Sequence record: NC_042018.1
Length of the DNA stretch: 64,000 nt
Direction: 5' to 3' (one strand)
The notes under the pieces are model-generated. The model was given only the letters and a program-made list of their open reading frames with translations. It ran no database searches and had not been told where the DNA came from. The position numbers and the translations under genes were made by a program. Shown here piece after piece: positions 1 to 10,070 of this stretch. The stretch's first letter is position 1; every line of letters starts with the position of its first letter.

Positions 1-14
1 TTGAAACCGCCGGG

Positions 15-323
15 GTGTATGTGGGTGAATACCGCATCGACACCACTGACCGCGGTAAGTTGATGTTAATGATGGCGGCAAGCCGTGCAGAGTCTCTGCC
101 GGAAGGCACGTTGGTGTCGTGGAAAGTCTCCAATGATTCCTACACCTCGTTCACCCCTGCTCAAATCATTGCATTAAAGAACGAAGTGTGTGACTACATC
201 GGTCAGTGTTTTGAATACGAACGTTTGTTAGCGGACCGCATTATCCGCCAGGATTTTGATGTTGCTGAAATCACCGTTGGGTGGCCAAGTAACGTCATTA
301 CTCTGCCTGGGGTAGCGGCGTAA
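15..323 (+). CDS. Tail fibre assembly/chaperone-like protein (DUF4376-like), probably 5'-truncated by the window edge
   Basis: The frame is open back to the window start. The pattern IDTTDRGKLML...W KVSNDSYTSFT..QIIAL..EV...CFEYE..L resembles phage tail-assembly proteins, and the gene is adjacent to a tail fibre. Confidence 0.55.
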   Translation: MYVGEYRIDTTDRGKLMLMMAASRAESLPEGTLVSWKVSNDSYTSFTPAQIIALKNEVCDYIGQCFEYERLLADRIIRQDFDVAEITVGWPSNVITLPGVAA

Positions 324-378
324 TTTGTTGTCCGGTTCTGTTGGGAGAGCCGGGCAATTTCTTTTTATTGGTGATGGC

Positions 379-2838
379 ATGAAACCGATCAATGAATTGG
401 ATGTATTTGTACCAGAGGTTCCTCTCTTAGAAGAATCAGATTTGGTAAAGGGCGGGGAACAAGGCCCGAGTAATGCTCAAGCACTGGCATTGGCTAGCCG
501 TACCCATTTTCTCAATGAACGTCGTAAAGAACTCGAAACCGAACTCGACCGCATTGATACCGCACTCAGTGGTTTAGATGCTGATAAAGTTGGGGCCGAT
601 GCTAAAGGCACGGCAACCGGTTTGGTTGATGCGCACGTAAAAGATGCTGACCCACACACCCAGTATTTAACCGATGCCCGTGGTAAACTGTTGTTTGTGG
701 ACAAAACCACCGCCAACAAACCGAATGGGTATCTGCAGTTAGATGCCAACGGGAAACTGCCGGCCGGTGTTGTAACCAGCTTATCGGCACGCTACGTTAT
801 TGTGGCTGACGAAACAGAGCGACTGAAGTTAACAACCACAAATGACCTTACCATTGCAGCGCAGCAATCTGACGATACCCTGTATTACTTAAACGCCGGG
901 ACTGACCCTTCTGTCAAGGGTAATTGGATTAAGGGTCAATCGGCTACGGTATCGGGCGTCGTATCTTTCTTTGGTCGTACCGGGGTAATTACTGCTGAAA
1001 GCGGTGACTATACGGCTGACCAGATTAATGAAACGTTAACGCGGTTATTTGTTTCCCCTCAAGAGAAACAGACCTGGAACCAGAAACAGGATAAGCTAGT
1101 TTCCGGTACCAACATTAAAACCTTTAAAGGACAGTCTTTGGTTGGGGCGGGCGACCTTTCATTCAACTATGCTGACTTTGGTGCGGCAGCTGAAATACAC
1201 AAGCATGTGGCTTCGGATATCACTGACTTTAATGATAAGGTAGACGGGCGTGCTTCTTCTTTATTAAAGGCAGGCCAAAACATACAGCTCGTGGTTGATC
1301 CTACAACCAAAGCCGTTACCATTAATGCGGCACCACCTAATGCGGCTTCATTGTTTGCTTCGGTTGACCGAATGGGTTCGTCTGCAAACCAGATGCACGT
1401 GATAAACTTCAACCAGGATATAACGTACAACCTGGAAGCGTATGCTTTGAAGTTAGAGAAGGGGTCGACTAACCAGGTGTATACCTTGGAAACGTTTGAT
1501 CCAACTTCTGCACCGTTCTTTAACTCTACCCAATATCTGACCTTTAACGGTGTTTTGGGTGTGGCGTATAACTGGACACCGACGCTGCGTCAAAACAAAA
1601 CGCGTTATGAAATGGAATTCGATCCGAACGTTAATGCTTTATCACTGTTCTCTACAGCCGGTAAAAACATTATCCCGGTGATGGCAGGCAATGGTGGGAT
1701 TAACGGTTATGTGCCGTTTGCATCTTCGGAGTACAGTGCGGACTATACAGCATATCGTGCGTTCTCCAACCTCCAGGCTGCTAATGGTGCATCAGACTGT
1801 TGGGCATCAGGTAAAGGCCAAGTTCCGTCTGCTGCTAACCCACAATGGATAGGTATCTCTTTGCCTGCGGGCGTTAAGATAACAGCGTACAGTTTTGTGA
1901 ACCGTAGTGCAGGTGCGGTATCCACACCGTCTAAATATAAACTCCAGGGCAGTAACGATAAAACCACCTGGGATGACATTGAAGCGGTACGCTCTAACAC
2001 TAACGATGCAGCGGCGTTTGAGTTCTTCCATTCAGCGAGACCTACCAAAGCCTATCAGCATTATCGTCTCTACATTACTGAACGTTATCCTAACAATCCC
2101 GACTATGACTTTGTCGTGGTTTGGCGTTTACGGTTGTATGTAGAGAAACCGGTGGTGTTCCAGGGTGAGACCAGTGATGCTTTATACACACTGGACAGTA
2201 ATAACGTATTGGTTCCGTTAACTGACATCTCTGACGCGGGTATTGAAGCACAGGGTATTTCGGTGGCTAAAAATATTCCACCGGCAAACCTGTTGGCTTA
2301 TCCGTTGAAAAAGATTGTGGGACTGGAACCCTCTACCCTGAACGTCAAGCTTGTCCCGATGGAACAGATCGCCATCATGAAAGACCCGTTGGTGACGAAG
2401 CCGTTTAGTAAAATAAACGCCATGAACTACACCGCGGTCCTGTTGGAAAAGACCCGGTACGCTATCTCCCCTGACGGTGTTACCTTCTATACTTACAACG
2501 GCGGTACGTGGACGTCATTAGGGGCGTTGAAGAACGACCTGGCGTCAGCGAAGAAATTGGCGGCTCAAGGTATGATGAACGGCTTGGCAACAGGGACTAT
2601 CATGACCTTGTACACCCAGCTGGGGATTAGATTCACGGCGTTCAGTTTGGCCTACGGGATTTTCCCAACGGTAGCCAACGAAGTTATCTCGGTCGACCAA
2701 ACGTTGTTGAGTGTGGATTTCGCGGATACGTGGAAGAAACAAACACCGGCTGAGGTAGAGATTCGTTACAGCTCCGGGAATATCTCCTTTAAAACGGTGG
2801 CAGCGGGAGACTACAAGCTAGTTTACCAAGTCGCCTAA
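379..2838 (+). CDS. Tail fibre / receptor-binding protein with an F5/8 type C (discoidin-like) domain
   Basis: Likely start is ATG 379 (MKPINEL), not TTG 325. Contains the fibre-type N-terminus GGEQGPSNAQALALASRTHFL, the HVKDADPHTQY fibre repeat and VVSFFGRTGVI. A discoidin-like block lies at about 1666-2139 (CWAS..PQWIGISLP..ITAYS..YKLQGSND..W..YQHYRLYI). Confidence 0.8.
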   Translation: MKPINELDVFVPEVPLLEESDLVKGGEQGPSNAQALALASRTHFLNERRKELETELDRIDTALSGLDADKVGADAKGTATGLVDAHVKDADPHTQYLTDARGKLLFVDKTTANKPNGYLQLDANGKLPAGVVTSLSARYVIVADETERLKLTTTNDLTIAAQQSDDTLYYLNAGTDPSVKGNWIKGQSATVSGVVSFFGRTGVITAESGDYTADQINETLTRLFVSPQEKQTWNQKQDKLVSGTNIKTFKGQSLVGAGDLSFNYADFGAAAEIHKHVASDITDFNDKVDGRASSLLKAGQNIQLVVDPTTKAVTINAAPPNAASLFASVDRMGSSANQMHVINFNQDITYNLEAYALKLEKGSTNQVYTLETFDPTSAPFFNSTQYLTFNGVLGVAYNWTPTLRQNKTRYEMEFDPNVNALSLFSTAGKNIIPVMAGNGGINGYVPFASSEYSADYTAYRAFSNLQAANGASDCWASGKGQVPSAANPQWIGISLPAGVKITAYSFVNRSAGAVSTPSKYKLQGSNDKTTWDDIEAVRSNTNDAAAFEFFHSARPTKAYQHYRLYITERYPNNPDYDFVVVWRLRLYVEKPVVFQGETSDALYTLDSNNVLVPLTDISDAGIEAQGISVAKNIPPANLLAYPLKKIVGLEPSTLNVKLVPMEQIAIMKDPLVTKPFSKINAMNYTAVLLEKTRYAISPDGVTFYTYNGGTWTSLGALKNDLASAKKLAAQGMMNGLATGTIMTLYTQLGIRFTAFSLAYGIFPTVANEVISVDQTLLSVDFADTWKKQTPAEVEIRYSSGNISFKTVAAGDYKLVYQVA

Positions 2839-2860
2839 TTTTATGGTAGGTTCAATATTG

Positions 2861-2899
2861 CTCAGCCTCCCTTTCGGAGGCTGAGTACTTTCTATTTTT
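2861..2899 (+). terminator. Intrinsic terminator
   Basis: CTCAGCCTCC-ctttc-GGAGGCTGAG followed by TACTTTCTATTTTTA, just after the fibre stop codon. Confidence 0.8.
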
Positions 2900-2913
2900 A
2901 CAAGGCGATTCGT

Positions 2914-3783
2914 ATGGGCTTAAATCTTCGTTTTATGCCTTACACTGATGGGGATTCTGACGGGGTGGATATTTACCGAGCCACATCCAAGACCGGTGAG
3001 CGTCAGCTCATGAAGAGTCTGGCCGCTGGGATTCATGAGTTTAGCGACCACAGTGTGGAAGCCAATAAAGTGTATTGGTACTGGATACTGAACAAATCTG
3101 CCGCCAACGGAGACCGACTCAGCCAACCCATGAGTGCACCAACGTTCATTGATTTGGGCCCTGGCCCGAAGAAACTGCTACGTGGGGATTGGGATTTCGG
3201 TTACCTGGGGTATGTCCCGGTCGCGGATATGTTCACCTATGCTCAAGCACAGAGCGCAGCAGCCATTCAAGCAGCACCGGATGGCGGCACACTGAACGGA
3301 TTCCATAAGTGTGTAGTACGGGGACGGATTATTTACTTTGGGGATGTCATTTATTCTCGTACAGTAAACCGTACCACGGTAGGGAATGCTCTGTTAGCAC
3401 AGGACAGCAATCCGTTAACCACAGCACCTCGTCTGGCGGTAAATGATTATGAGTACATCGTACGGTGCCCTTACTCTTCTACTTTATCTACTACTGCGGT
3501 TGTGGGTACGGGTGACGGGTTGGATGGTACCATCAAACTCAGTGAAGTCGGCATGCTAGCGTCGCTTATTCTGGATGCAGATACTGCTGGTAAGCTTAGT
3601 GGGAATAAGCTGGGTGATCTCGCTAACAATGGGTTATCAACCTTTTATTTCTCTAATACGTACGCTGCTAACAATGTTGTGAACGTGTTCAGTCTGGTTG
3701 CTGATGCGTCTATCGGACCTGCCAGTGACATGACAGGGAACCGTCCATTCTGGCCTGTCTTCGAGTTAGTGCTACACGAATAA
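2914..3783 (+). CDS. Virion structural protein, paralog family A (FN3-like N-domain, GPGP linker, C-domain)
   Basis: Motifs IYRA..FSD..VYWY, GPGPKKLLRGDWDFGYLG, KCVVRGRIIY and C-terminal WPVFEL are shared with six other ORFs in the window. Confidence 0.7.
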   Translation: MGLNLRFMPYTDGDSDGVDIYRATSKTGERQLMKSLAAGIHEFSDHSVEANKVYWYWILNKSAANGDRLSQPMSAPTFIDLGPGPKKLLRGDWDFGYLGYVPVADMFTYAQAQSAAAIQAAPDGGTLNGFHKCVVRGRIIYFGDVIYSRTVNRTTVGNALLAQDSNPLTTAPRLAVNDYEYIVRCPYSSTLSTTAVVGTGDGLDGTIKLSEVGMLASLILDADTAGKLSGNKLGDLANNGLSTFYFSNTYAANNVVNVFSLVADASIGPASDMTGNRPFWPVFELVLHE

Positions 3784-3809
3784 GGCTGTTAAACATACAG
3801 GTGGATTAA

Positions 3810-5561
3810 ATGAGTTTACCGAGTCGGCAACTCTTTTTAGACCGTTTTATGGAAGTAAACCGTATACGGTATAAAAACGATCCTGAAGTTTTGGACCGGT
3901 TGAACAAGCTCACTGTAAAAGACATTGTCTTTGAGGGGCTGACCGAAGACCCAAACCGACCTGGGGGGATGATTTCCAACTTCTCGGTACCTGCCAAAGC
4001 CATTGAAGCCTATGCGCAACGATGGATTCCGGTAGACATCAAGAGCAAACACATCATCAATCCAGCAAACGTTACCAATGTCCCGACATTGAATGACGTC
4101 ATTGCTGCGCAAGCCCGCGGGTTGTTTACCTATCAGGATAATGGGTCAACCAAACTAGCGATCGTTATGGCCTTCCGTCAAGATATCCCTGTGGAGAACT
4201 TGGCGAAAGAAGTTACCAAAACCTTAAACCGCACAACCAGTTACGTCATTAAAGACGGTGACCTGCAAATAAACTTCAACGACTCCACGGATGATTATAG
4301 ATTATTTGATGTTCGTAATGAGACCATCAGCGGTGAAGTAGCAGTGATTCGTCTCCCCAGTAACCTGTTAAAAGGAACCTGGTGGTTAGGCTATCTGGGT
4401 GAGTGGACACCTGATGAAGTTATCCGTCCCAGTATTCTGGCCGAAATGGTTGGGGTGCCGAATGGGATTAACCCAGACGTGGAATGGTTAAAGTTCTCAG
4501 TAGAGGGCCGCATCATTTATGTTGCCAAACGACCCATTAGCAAAATGGTCAGTTATGGTAGCCTGTCGGGGTTAAACCTGGTAGACGGTAACCGTATTGT
4601 TGATATCGATCATGAACAGTACAAGATTCGACTGTTAACCGCAGAAGACTCTGACACGTCCGACTGGAACCGGGTGATGTACCGTGTTTCTGAAGATGAC
4701 CCCACAGGAACTTTCTGGGAAGAGTTCACCGACCAAGAGTTAGGTATCAATAACTCTGATAACGGTGGGATTACCCTGTCTCGTTCTGAAAGTGGTGGGT
4801 CGGTCTACGGTCGTGGTCGTTACAGCATCACGTCTCTGCAATCTGTTATTAAAACCGCTTCTTCTCCGGCAACGGGCTGGCGTCCTGTTCTGGAACTTAT
4901 CGGTGTTGACAATATTGAATACGCACCGACAGCACACTTAACCGGCGTGATTCCTGTTGAACCTGAGATGTCAGGCGGAGCATCGGGTGACTTTGTTTAT
5001 GCCGTAGGTCCTGTGGCTTCACGCATGACGGAACACACCGACTTTAACGGTTACCGTTATGATGATGTCGTCTTTGCGGTGCAGGGTGTTGAGGTCTATC
5101 AGAACCAGTTAGTGCCGGCAACGGAAATTGTTGACTACAGCTACGTCGCGGTCTTCAACGTTATGTCGGTAGAGGTTAAACCTGACACGGTCGTGAAACC
5201 CACGGAAATTACAGGGTCGAGAATTCAGGACGTTGTAATTGTACCAAATACCGTTAAGTCAACGGTTGACCCTGACTGGCTGGAGTCTGACAATAACACC
5301 GCCGTGTCGAACGGAATCATTTCAGCCGTTGCAAAACGCGGTGTTATCACTTTGTTACCAACTTCGGGTTACGCTAATACCGCTGACTCAAACAGCGTGG
5401 TTGGGGCCGTAACGAAGAAAGGTAGCTATGTCATTGCCGCTGATTTTGTAATTGAAGAGATTACGTTTAACGGCATCGACAACTGGATTCCAGAAACAGA
5501 CTACGGCGATCTGTTTGAAGAAGAAGTGTATAATCCTGACACGACATTTATGTCTTTCTAA
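3810..5561 (+). CDS. Virion structural protein, family B N-domain fused to a family A C-domain
   Basis: N-terminal RQLFLDRF..NR.RY; internal LGYLGE..WLKF..GRIIYV..YKIRLL..WRPVLELIG; C-terminal IPETDYGDL. Confidence 0.7.
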   Translation: MSLPSRQLFLDRFMEVNRIRYKNDPEVLDRLNKLTVKDIVFEGLTEDPNRPGGMISNFSVPAKAIEAYAQRWIPVDIKSKHIINPANVTNVPTLNDVIAAQARGLFTYQDNGSTKLAIVMAFRQDIPVENLAKEVTKTLNRTTSYVIKDGDLQINFNDSTDDYRLFDVRNETISGEVAVIRLPSNLLKGTWWLGYLGEWTPDEVIRPSILAEMVGVPNGINPDVEWLKFSVEGRIIYVAKRPISKMVSYGSLSGLNLVDGNRIVDIDHEQYKIRLLTAEDSDTSDWNRVMYRVSEDDPTGTFWEEFTDQELGINNSDNGGITLSRSESGGSVYGRGRYSITSLQSVIKTASSPATGWRPVLELIGVDNIEYAPTAHLTGVIPVEPEMSGGASGDFVYAVGPVASRMTEHTDFNGYRYDDVVFAVQGVEVYQNQLVPATEIVDYSYVAVFNVMSVEVKPDTVVKPTEITGSRIQDVVIVPNTVKSTVDPDWLESDNNTAVSNGIISAVAKRGVITLLPTSGYANTADSNSVVGAVTKKGSYVIAADFVIEEITFNGIDNWIPETDYGDLFEEEVYNPDTTFMSF

Positions 5562-5574
5562 AAGAGAGTAAATC

Positions 5575-6471
5575 ATGGGCATTCGTCTCGAAATTACTAA
5601 CAAAAACACCGTACCGGTAACGATTAACGTTTACCGTGGTGATCAAGAACTGGACCGTGCTAATCTCCCGCCGGCAATTGGTCAGATTGCCAACACCACC
5701 GATAACCCGGCTATCTTTAATGATAACACGGTGGTGCAAGGCAAAACGTATTTCTACGTGTTTGAAACCGTGGGACCGAAAGATCGTGCCTACACCCGTA
5801 ACTTCAAAATCCAGGCGCTGGAAACCCGCGGTCCGGGTGATAACGATCTCAAAATCGGCAACCGCAACCTGGGGTATTACGGCAACCTGTCAGCCGGTGC
5901 GATTACTGATGCCGCGTCTCTGTGCTCTGCGATCGGTTTGACCGGCCACACCGTTAACTCCTTTGCGACCTGGTACAAATTTGCGCGTAAAGGCAAAGTG
6001 CTGTTTGTGCCGAACGCACACATTGCTCGCGGTGGGATGTCGTTCAACAAACTGAAGACGCTCGGTCTGGTGGACGGCAAAACCATCACCATCGGTGCCT
6101 TTAAATATAAAGTGCGTCTGATGAGCGGTTGGGATGACAGCAAAGCGCTGGATGCGAACATGGTGGTAGGTACTAACTACAGCATGGAAGATTACCTGGA
6201 CAACTCTTGCGAATTCAACGACCTGGTATATCCGCTGGTGAAGTGGACACCTAACGGTCAGCATTTGCCAGGTCTGTTCCAGCAGACAGTTACGGCGGTA
6301 ACGTCTAACACGCTGCCGCTGTGCAAGGATAACGACGGTACAAAATTTGTGCGCCGCACTATGGCGGCTGATACCCGTGCCGCTGTTTCCACCATTGCTA
6401 TCGATAATACACCAGACGCTGTAAACGCTTCTTACAGCCTGCTGCCGGTTCTGGAACTCATCGAGGGGTAA
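5575..6471 (+). CDS. Virion structural protein, family A (A1 type)
   Basis: VYRGD..LDRANLP, VQGKTYFYVFE, TRGPG, KFARKGKVLFVP, SCEFNDLVYPL and PVLELIEG; closest to 10071-10961. Confidence 0.7.
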   Translation: MGIRLEITNKNTVPVTINVYRGDQELDRANLPPAIGQIANTTDNPAIFNDNTVVQGKTYFYVFETVGPKDRAYTRNFKIQALETRGPGDNDLKIGNRNLGYYGNLSAGAITDAASLCSAIGLTGHTVNSFATWYKFARKGKVLFVPNAHIARGGMSFNKLKTLGLVDGKTITIGAFKYKVRLMSGWDDSKALDANMVVGTNYSMEDYLDNSCEFNDLVYPLVKWTPNGQHLPGLFQQTVTAVTSNTLPLCKDNDGTKFVRRTMAADTRAAVSTIAIDNTPDAVNASYSLLPVLELIEG

Positions 6472-6475
6472 TCTC

Positions 6476-7408
6476 ATGTCATTAGTGGTGCAATGGGAAG
6501 ATATCCCAGATGCCGCTGGTTACGAAATCTATCGGTCTAAGACGAAGTTCTCTTTGAGCACGTTGCCGACCGATAAGGTTAGTGTGCCGGCTGGTGCAAC
6601 GGAATACGAATACACCGACGTGGATCGCCAAACCGTTTACTGGTTTGCTATTCGTACCCTCGACGCTAACGGAGCAGGAACCTTTGGTCAAGTCTTCCCG
6701 TTAGGTTATTTCCCGGACACCGGTCCTGGTCCTTCTACATTGTTACGTGGGGACTGGGCGTTTGGTTTCTTTGGGGAAGTTAGCCCGAGTCTGGTAGGGA
6801 CATCGGACGAAGTGTATGCTCAACTGACGCAGACAACGGCGGATAACCCCATCAAGCCTACGGTAAAAGATTTTGTTTACCTGAAATGCATTGTGAACGG
6901 GAAGATTGTCTTTATTCCTTCGTCTCCGTTTGCAACCTATGCGGTGATGGGAACGACGGCGCATTACATCTCAATAGGTGCAACGGGCGATGCTGGGTTA
7001 GATGACAACACCGCACCGGTTATCAAACTCAAGGGACGGGATTACCGTCACCGCTTACCAAGAGCAAGCAACAGCAAATCCACAGCGGGAACTGTTAATC
7101 TGGATGTGGTATCAGACGATGTGTTAATGTCTGAGGTCGGTATGTTAGCGGCGCTCCTGTTATCGACCGCTGAAACAGACGTGTCGAAGAACCCAGACAA
7201 CCGTAATGCCGCACCGTTGCATTATCGTCTCGGTGACTATACCGATCTTGCCAACGTCATTACGCTTCATCGTTTCGCTAACTACGGTGGCAACAACAAC
7301 TCGCTGTACAGTTACGTTGTTACGCCAAGCACGGGCGCTATTGCAAACAAGGTCTGGTATTACACCGACCCGAAAGCCTACCTGCCGGTATTAGAACTGC
7401 TCTTCTAA
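6476..7408 (+). CDS. Virion structural protein, family A (A2 type)
   Basis: FPDTGPGP..LLRGDWAFGFFGE, KCIVNGKIVFIP and LPVLELLF; closest to 10964-11929. Confidence 0.7.
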   Translation: MSLVVQWEDIPDAAGYEIYRSKTKFSLSTLPTDKVSVPAGATEYEYTDVDRQTVYWFAIRTLDANGAGTFGQVFPLGYFPDTGPGPSTLLRGDWAFGFFGEVSPSLVGTSDEVYAQLTQTTADNPIKPTVKDFVYLKCIVNGKIVFIPSSPFATYAVMGTTAHYISIGATGDAGLDDNTAPVIKLKGRDYRHRLPRASNSKSTAGTVNLDVVSDDVLMSEVGMLAALLLSTAETDVSKNPDNRNAAPLHYRLGDYTDLANVITLHRFANYGGNNNSLYSYVVTPSTGAIANKVWYYTDPKAYLPVLELLF

Positions 7409-7418
7409 GGAGAACATA

Positions 7419-8279
7419 ATGGGTGTGAAGATTCAGTGGATTGACCCCAATATCGATCCATTAGATACAGTAGAAATCTGGCGTTCTCCCACAAAAGCCG
7501 GTGCGCCGGTTAAGATTGGGAGTGTGGCTGGCGACGTGCGTGAGTATCAGGACGATACAGCTGAACGAAACAAAGTTAGTTGGTACACACTGACTTCAGT
7601 GCGTGGTCAAGGCAAAGCCATCAGTACACCGTTTCCGGTAGGTAACTATCCTGATACGGGTCCAGGCCCTAAAACCATCATGCGTGGTACGTGGGAGTTT
7701 GGTGTGTTCGGTGAAGTGGATGCTAACCTGCTTCCGGGTTTCAGTGAAATCCAGGAGAAGGTGGGTATCGCTCCGAACAATTCCGTGGTCCGATTCTACA
7801 AATGGATTGTTAACGGCCGCATCATCTTTATTCCATGGGGACCGTACAGCAGTGCGTTTGGTACTACTATCACTGCTGCCGGTATCATGGTGCCTCAGGG
7901 TAAAACGAATGAGGCGGGTTTGGTGATTGATCGTGAGGGGTACGGCTACAACATTCGTCCTCCTTACGCGACCAACAACTTCACCAGTGAACTAACGACC
8001 ATTGCTGACGGTGGGGATGAAACCCTGAAGCTTTCAGAGTTGGCTGCAATTATGACCAGTCTGGTTGGGATGGACACGAAGTTAATGTACGGTGACATGA
8101 AGTGGGGTGATATTTCTCCTGCTGCAGCGGGCGGTAACTATTACCTGACCAACACCTACATTAACGCCAACAACTCCACCCTGGTAGCAAACATCGCAGC
8201 GTCACCGGCGTTAGTGAGATCAGGTAGTACATCTTCTGCTCGTGGCTTGTGGCCCGTGTACGAACTGCTGTTAACATAA
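7419..8279 (+). CDS. Virion structural protein, family A (A3 type)
   Basis: TGPGPKTIMRGTWEFGVFGE, WIVNGRII, RPPYAT and WPVYELLL; closest to 11939-12793. Confidence 0.7.
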   Translation: MGVKIQWIDPNIDPLDTVEIWRSPTKAGAPVKIGSVAGDVREYQDDTAERNKVSWYTLTSVRGQGKAISTPFPVGNYPDTGPGPKTIMRGTWEFGVFGEVDANLLPGFSEIQEKVGIAPNNSVVRFYKWIVNGRIIFIPWGPYSSAFGTTITAAGIMVPQGKTNEAGLVIDREGYGYNIRPPYATNNFTSELTTIADGGDETLKLSELAAIMTSLVGMDTKLMYGDMKWGDISPAAAGGNYYLTNTYINANNSTLVANIAASPALVRSGSTSSARGLWPVYELLLT

Positions 8280-8287
8280 TGGGGACA

Positions 8288-8311
8288 CCTCCTCCCTTCA
8301 CTGGGAGGAGG
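8288..8311 (+). terminator. Hairpin / probable terminator
   Basis: CCTCCTCCC-ttcact-GGGAGGAGG directly after the stop of 7419-8279. Confidence 0.6.
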
Positions 8312-8390
8312 GTCTTATATAACTGATGGCAAAATGTTATGTTCCTGATTTCTTTATCCCTTATTATCCGTAAACGGAGAGGTACATGAC

Positions 8391-10055
8391 GTGAGTATAA
8401 ACAGGCGTCAGCTCTTCCTGGACAGGTTCCTTGCCTATAACAGGTCGCGCTATAAAGATAACCCTGACGCACTCAAACGACTGGACAGACTCACCTTCGA
8501 GGACATGGTTTTCGATGGCATTGCTATTGATACCAGCAAAGCCGGTGAGCTTCGTCGTCGCGTCGCTAACTTCCATGCCGATGCGCAAATGATGGAAGGT
8601 GTTGATCAACGCTGGACGTGCACCAGTCTGTTGCATCGCAAAGTCATCCCCACTGAAAACTATATCAACAGCACGCCGTTTGCCTCTCTGGAAGATTTTA
8701 AGAAAGTTAACCTGCAAGGTGTGTATCAGTATTTAGATGACGGTGTTCCGGTATTGGGTGTGGTACTTGCTACCGACTCGTCTAAAACCGAAGACGTTAC
8801 CCCGGAGTTGATTACACTCCTGAACACGGTATCTCGTTACCAACTGTTAACCACCGAGCTGTCAATTGAAGCTGCTGACCGTGACCACTTCCCAATGCAC
8901 TTCACCTACATGGGTGATACCATTGTGGGTCGCATTACTGTCATCCGTCAAGCTGCAGACCGACCTGCGGTAGGTAACGAAATTCTTGGTTATTACGGTG
9001 AGTTCCCGTCCGACTACTTAATCTCCAGCGGTGTATTGGCTGAGATGTTAGGGTTGGCTGGTGATAAACTGATTACCGGTGCAGAGACAGTGCCGTGGTT
9101 GAAGTTTGCTTACTTCGGTAAACTCCTGCATGTGTCAAAGCGTCCTATCAGTAAAAACATGACGTGGACGGCGCTGAACGACATGGGGTTAGTTGACGGC
9201 TCCCGTATTATTCAGTTAGGTAATAAGCGTTATCGGGTACGTTTATTACACGGAGCAGCAAATGACTTCGGTAATGAATGGAACGACCTCATCTATCGCG
9301 TTCATTATCAAGATCCAACTAATACGTTCTGGGAGCGATTCACAGACGAAGAGATGGGGCTTGGTTGGGATGCAGTTACCAACAAATGGTATCGTGATGG
9401 GTCCATTGCCTTTACCCAGGATGCAGTCGATGCTACTACGGTGGTAACACGTGGTGGCGGGCAGGATGGTGCGTCACTGACCGTGACCGGTACCGTAGCG
9501 AAAACCACGACCAGCAAGTATTACGGTTGGCGACCGGTGTTGGAATACATTGGAACAAGCGGAATAGATACACCGTACATTGCGGATATCAGTTCTCCAC
9601 TGTCGTTGGATTTCTCATCTGAAATCAACACCGACTTTACTGGGGTCTTGCGTCCGTTTGGGTTTGACGTGGAAATGGTGCCGGATGCGAAGATTGTACC
9701 TAGCGCTGTTAACAACGTTACCCTGTTTGCGGTGAAGTTGGATTCTGCTTCGCTGGTAGGTAGTGCAGAAGCTCCGGTTGTCACCAAAATCGAAAACAAC
9801 TCGGTGAAATTCCCACGTGATGTCAGACTGGATAAAATGGTCCCGTTAACGTGTGACATCTATTCACTGGAAGAGCCGGACGATACAGTTAGACTGGCTA
9901 CGGTCGACATGGGTGACATCACTCCACGTCAAATTCGACCAACCATTCCATTAGCGGCACAGGACCTCGGTGACATTGCAACCAAACAAGTCAACCCAGA
10001 TGCTGATGGGAAATACAACGGTCTGTTTACCCATAACGGCACGCTACATTATTAA
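8391..10055 (+). CDS. Virion structural protein, family B N-domain fused to a family A C-domain
   Basis: GTG start with GGAGAGG RBS. Motifs RQLFLDRF..NRSRY, ILGYYGE..WLKF..KRPISK..GLVDGSRII..YRVRLL..WRPVLEYIG. Paralog of 3810-5561. Confidence 0.7.
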   Translation: MSINRRQLFLDRFLAYNRSRYKDNPDALKRLDRLTFEDMVFDGIAIDTSKAGELRRRVANFHADAQMMEGVDQRWTCTSLLHRKVIPTENYINSTPFASLEDFKKVNLQGVYQYLDDGVPVLGVVLATDSSKTEDVTPELITLLNTVSRYQLLTTELSIEAADRDHFPMHFTYMGDTIVGRITVIRQAADRPAVGNEILGYYGEFPSDYLISSGVLAEMLGLAGDKLITGAETVPWLKFAYFGKLLHVSKRPISKNMTWTALNDMGLVDGSRIIQLGNKRYRVRLLHGAANDFGNEWNDLIYRVHYQDPTNTFWERFTDEEMGLGWDAVTNKWYRDGSIAFTQDAVDATTVVTRGGGQDGASLTVTGTVAKTTTSKYYGWRPVLEYIGTSGIDTPYIADISSPLSLDFSSEINTDFTGVLRPFGFDVEMVPDAKIVPSAVNNVTLFAVKLDSASLVGSAEAPVVTKIENNSVKFPRDVRLDKMVPLTCDIYSLEEPDDTVRLATVDMGDITPRQIRPTIPLAAQDLGDIATKQVNPDADGKYNGLFTHNGTLHY

Positions 10056-10070
10056 TTCATAGGAACAGTC

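Noticed and set aside
325-378. Longer ORF-track starts (325, 19811, 25996, 26006, 42522, 63991)
   Set aside because: They lack an RBS or overlap neighbouring genes. Downstream ATGs at 379, 19748, 25951, 26060, 42456 and 63979 fit better.
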